A DNA stretch of 64,000 nucleotides, from assembly GCF_009914755.1 (NCBI RefSeq), contig NC_060929.1; one strand, written 5' to 3'. A program made the position numbers and the translations under genes. The stretch comes from the human T2T-CHM13v2.0 reference genome, Homo sapiens. Within the stretch, counting starts at the first letter, position 1. Every line of letters begins with the position of its first letter. Below the pieces are notes generated by a model, which had not been told where the DNA came from, made no database searches, and was given only the letters and a program-made list of their open reading frames with translations. This document shows, piece after piece, positions 57,868 through 64,000 of this stretch.

Positions 57868-58316
57868 TAACTAAAACCCTTTAATAGGTAATAAATGTTT
57901 TAAGAAGAATCTAAGGCTGGGTGTGGTGGCTCATGGCCTGTAATCCCAACACTTTGGAAGGCCATGGTGGGAGGATAGCTTGAGCCCAGGAGTTCAAGAC
58001 CCTCCTAGACAACACAGTGAGACCCCATCTCTATAAAAAGGTTTTTAAAAATTAGCTGGACGTGCTAGTGCACGCTGTGGTCCTAGCTACTTGGGAGGCC
58101 GAGATATGAGGAACCCTTGAGCCTGGGAGTTAAAGGCGACCCTGTCTCAAAAAAATACAAAAGCTAAACGGACTGTTTTTATTGTAGTAAAAGAGCTTTG
58201 TAAATTAACCAATTAATTTTTAAGCCCTAAATAAGCTTTTCTGTGCATTTGAGATCTAGAAGATACAGCTTTATTAATCTGATCTAAATTTCTGAAGGGG
58301 GCTTGTATTTCTGTAA

Positions 58317-58693
<377 letters not shown>

Positions 58694-59381
58694 CTAGCAG
58701 TAGGGCTCATGTGACTCCTGTCAAAGCAAAGCATTCATCATTGCGCTTGCCTTGATGGGGAAACAACCTGCATTTGTTTCCTTTCTTGATTCAAAGGAAT
58801 AAGGGAATAAGCCTTTTCTGGTTCAGTTACCCAGTTTTTAAGGCAAATCCAATTGGATTTTATGGGTTGGGAAGAGTTTTGAGAGCTTTACCTTAGGAAC
58901 ATGTTATATCACTCCCCCTGAGAATTATTGACTATATTTTTAGTAGGCCACTGACCTTGAGTTATAGTCCTTCTTCCAGCCTGTTTCATTGCAGTATAAT
59001 TTGGTCTCAAGGCCTGAGCCCTGGGGTAAGTCAGCTGCATCCTATTGGCTATTCTGTCTTGAAAGCACATGTTTCCTCATTTATTGAACAGGGATGAAGT
59101 TTCTGGTCCTCTCAGGAGTCTGATGACGTGGTTCATGCAATGTTGTTTCTCTGTTTTCTATTTTTCTCCCTACCATAGACAACTGATTTTTTAAATGAAA
59201 TGTGACTTTTAACAAATAGGTGGTATATTTTCCCATGGATCTGTGTAGTAGGATTTGTGTAAATATAACTATCTGATTCCAGCCTTTTGGTGGAAACATT
59301 CCTTATTTATTTCTGTAGAATAACTTAATTTGGTATTTCTAATTCAGTTTTTTACTAGTCCTTTTTTTCCTTTTGATCTAG

Positions 59382-59555
59382 ATTGATGAGCAAATTGAAA
59401 GCATGTTTAATTCAAAGAAGAGAGTAAAGGATATGGCTGCTCCTGGAACATCAAGTGTTCCTGCTCCAACTGCAGGAAATGCTGAGAAATTAGAAATTGC
59501 TAAGAGATTGGCTCTTAGAATCAATGCCCAGAAGAATTTGGGCATCGAGTCTCAG
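59382..59555 (+). CDS. DDX46: DDX46 exon 19
   Basis: gatctag acceptor, CAG|gtatta donor, 174 nt; encodes IDEQIESMFNSKKRV...KNLGIESQ. A possible 3-nt extension to 59558 is described under findings. Confidence 0.94.
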
Positions 59556-60447
59556 GTATTAAGTAATTTGTTCCAAGTCTCAGTCAATACTTTTAAGAAG
59601 TTCTTTGATTTTACTTTTCAGGAATTATGTTGAACACAAGTAAACAAGTTGTCCTAGACATTGAGTTTGTGAGAATTTAACATTCTCAATACAGAATTTT
59701 TTGATAATTGCATTTGGATGATTTCTCAGTGCTATTGACTGAGGACTTTGGGCCTATTCTGGAATTTCTAACTGTTAGCCACTGGTAGTTTTATAGGGTA
59801 GTATTCTGATGAGTCTTAACAAAATCTTAAAGATGTATTAATAATTCTCTTTTTCTTTCTTTATCTGCTTTTATTGGGCACACAACTCCCTGGATATACA
59901 AACACCCAGTTACATGACTCAAATCAATATGGTCTTAAACAGTGGAGAAATGTGATTTTTAAATATTTCACGTTATCTTTTTCTTGGAAGCTTACTTGTT
60001 ATTTTGAAGCTTTTGAGGCAGTCATTAACTATAACGTTTGTAATGTTGGGTTGGGTCATAGAGATGAAGGAGCTCAGTGATGGTAGTAGTACAAACATTC
60101 AAATTCGGAGGAGACTCCTAGGAATTAGAGTATGCAAATGATTTTCGAAATATTTACTGTGTCTGACATCAAGAGTTAGCTAATTATCAACTACATCTCT
60201 ATGATCTAGTAGAATATTTAATAGAGTTGAATGTTCTCCAGTTTTCTTATCCACTAGGAGGTACATTAAACTACATTATAAATATATATTGCTAAATCAC
60301 ACATATCAATGAGACTATGCATTAGAAAGGTTTATTTATTAAACTTGCATACAAAGTTAGTAGCTTTTCAGAGAATAATTTGTGGTGTGGTCCCTACTCT
60401 TGTCTCTGCCCTCATTTGAGATTTAACTAAGTCTTCTTTAACTACAG

Positions 60448-60666
60448 GATGTGATGCAGCAGGCCACCAATGCAATTCTTAGGGGTGGCACCATTCTGGC
60501 TCCCACTGTTTCTGCAAAAACCATTGCAGAACAACTTGCTGAAAAGATCAATGCCAAGCTCAATTATGTGCCGTTAGAGAAACAAGAAGAAGAGAGACAG
60601 GATGGTGGACAGAATGAATCTTTTAAGAGATATGAAGAAGAATTAGAGATCAATGACTTCCCACAG
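60448..60666 (+). CDS. DDX46: DDX46 exon 20 (ends at a GC donor)
   Basis: ctacag acceptor, CAG|gcaagt donor, 219 nt; encodes DVMQQATNAIL...EEELEINDFPQ. The frame continues into exon 21 only with this GC donor. Confidence 0.93.
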
Positions 60667-60902
60667 GCAAGTAACAGGTTTAAACCTTTTTTTATTGTGA
60701 AGTAGCAACTCTTCTTTGGAGGAAAAATCTCATCTTTAAAACCCATGAACATTTTAATAGCTCCTTCACTCTTTACCTAAATGGAGGATATAACAATAGA
60801 AATTTGATTTTTATGAGTATGTTCAAGGTACATTAGGATCTAAATGAACTTATGATGCAGGTATGTATTAATAATGATCTTTGTTTTCTTTGCTTGTTTG
60901 TT

Positions 60903-61745
<843 letters not shown>

Positions 61746-61811
61746 TCAGCACTCCTGGATTTTTTTGTCCTGTTATGAAGTGATTTTTCTTTTCCTTACC
61801 TTTTCTTTTAG

Positions 61812-61956
61812 ACTGCTAGGTGGAAAGTTACCTCTAAGGAAGCTCTGCAGAGAATCAGTGAATACTCTGAAGCCGCAATTACAATCAGAGGAACCTACTT
61901 CCCTCCTGGCAAAGAACCCAAGGAAGGCGAGCGGAAGATTTACTTGGCAATTGAAA
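61812..61956 (+). CDS. DDX46: DDX46 exon 21 (C-terminal KH-like region); gene continues beyond the window
   Basis: ctttttag-type acceptor, A|gtatgt donor, 145 nt; encodes TARWKVTSKEALQRISEYSEAAITIRGTYFPPGKEPKEGERKIYLAIE. Confidence 0.95.
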
Positions 61957-62826
61957 GTATGTACTGTTAGTTCTGTTTCAATCTTGAATTTAGATCAAGG
62001 TTGATGTAGATGTAATAAACGCAAAGAGCATGTGAGGTCAATTCTAGAGAGAACTGAAAGTAAGAAACACCTCTGAAAACAAAATCTTATGACATTTGAG
62101 GTCTTTATATATAAGAATTTCAGTACATATGCAAAGGTAAATGATCTGTTTCCGAGACTCAGTTTTGGCAATTTAGTCAAATTTGAAAATTAAAAGAAAA
62201 CTTACATTTTAAGGACTGACCTGTTTATGCTTCTAGTAAGTGGAATATTCTGGCCTAAGTTTAGGTTGGAAAGTAAATCAAGTGTATTAGTCCACTTAAT
62301 GAATGTTTATCTAGGCAAATATTGCCTGTGAAATTATCCCCATGAAAGTTTATGCCTTTAACAAAATAAGAAGTAGACAATGCCACAACCTAACGGATAT
62401 AAATAATACATTATGTAACAGCAATCAGGTTTGGTTTTTAACTTTATTTCATACATTCATGAATGAATTCATTCCAGAGGCAATTTCCATCTTTATTTAT
62501 TTTGAGACAGGGTCTTATTTTGTCTGGCTGGAGTGCAGTGGCGCAATATCAGCTCACTGTTGCCTCAACCTCCTGGGCTCAAGTGATCCTCCCACCTCAA
62601 CACCCCCAAGTAGCTGGGACTACAGGAACATGCCACCACACCTGACTTTTTTTTTTTTGTCTTTTTGTAGAGACAAGGTTGTGTTTTGGTGCCCAGGCTG
62701 GTCTCCAACTCCTCAGCTCAAGGGACCCGCCCCCACTCAGCCTCCCAAAGTGCTAGGATTGCAGGCATGAGCCAATGTGCCCAGCCTATTTTGTTTTTTC
62801 TGATGTGTTACTCTACTGCATAGTAG

Positions 62827-63186
<360 letters not shown>

Positions 63187-63328
63187 TAACATCTTTGTTA
63201 TTGGTATTTTAAGTGGTTTTTGTTTTTGTTTTCTGACATTATGTGAAATGGAAGCAAGACAGAACTAGACTGCTAGATAATAGCACCATCTGTTCTGGCT
63301 TCATTTCCTTGACACCATAGCATTGTAG

Positions 63329-63442
<114 letters not shown>

Positions 63443-63799
63443 TAGCTGGGACCACAGGCATGTGCTACCATACCTGGCTAATTTTTGTATTTTTGGGTAG
63501 AGTTGGGGTTTCACCATGTTGGCCAGGCTAGACCTCTTACTTCTTGATTGTACTGTCTCCATTTGGAACTATTTTTAAAATCTGTAGCAGTCTTTTGCTA
63601 TTTAGGACTTACATTGAGGTAAAATTCATGTAACAAAAGTTTGTCCATTTTAACCATTAAAAATGTACAGTTCAGTCCTCAGTACCTTCGTGAAACTTAA
63701 ACAGGATTCAGTGAAAGCAGTGCTTAGAGAGAAATTTCTAGCTGTAAATGCCTGCATTATAAAAGATCTCCGTTAACTGCCTTTTTTGTGTTAGAGTAA

Positions 63800-63833
<34 letters not shown>

Positions 63834-64000
63834 TTGAGACAAAGTCCCACTGTGTCATCTAGGCTGGAGTGCAGTGGCACAATCTCGACTCACTGCAACT
63901 CCCACCTCCTGGGTTCAAGTAATTCTCGTGCCTCAGCCTCCTGAGAAGCTAGGATTACAGGTGCCCCCCCGCCACACCTAGCTAATTTTCGTTTTTTTTT

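Noticed and set aside
59120-59190. TGATGA ... CTGA resembling a C/D-box snoRNA in intron 18
   Set aside because: The C box lacks the leading purine, there is no terminal stem and I saw no recognisable rRNA/snRNA guide.
59790-59806. ttatag-GGTA-gtattc as a microexon source of the extra Val between exons 19 and 20
   Set aside because: It would give 4 nt rather than 3, and its splice signals are poor.

Overview
Human (or closely related primate) genomic DNA that is almost entirely the DDX46 gene (DEAD-box helicase 46, the Prp5 orthologue of the 17S U2 snRNP) on the + strand. It runs from the CpG-island promoter and ATG (566) through coding exon 21 (ends 61956); the last exons lie beyond the window. 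The 21 exons I read join into one open frame of 2974 nt containing the RS domain, the DPLD motif and the DEAD-box motifs (Q, I, Ia, Ib, II, III, IV, V, VI). The introns are very Alu-rich and also carry L1/L2/MIR/MLT1 fragments, Tigger-family and hAT DNA transposon relics, a 7SL pseudogene and an antisense RPL34 processed pseudogene. Most ORFs in the supplied track are Alu translations. The most interesting signals concern splicing: (i) a probable non-canonical TT 5' splice site 3 nt downstream of the exon 19 donor, (ii) a GC-AG intron 20 containing near-identical inverted Alus, (iii) candidate poison/decoy exons in the Alu-free parts of introns 10, 12 and 18, and (iv) a strong-Kozak uORF. Together these suggest, but do not show, autoregulation of a branch-point proofreading helicase. 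Repeat boundaries are approximate and were read by eye.
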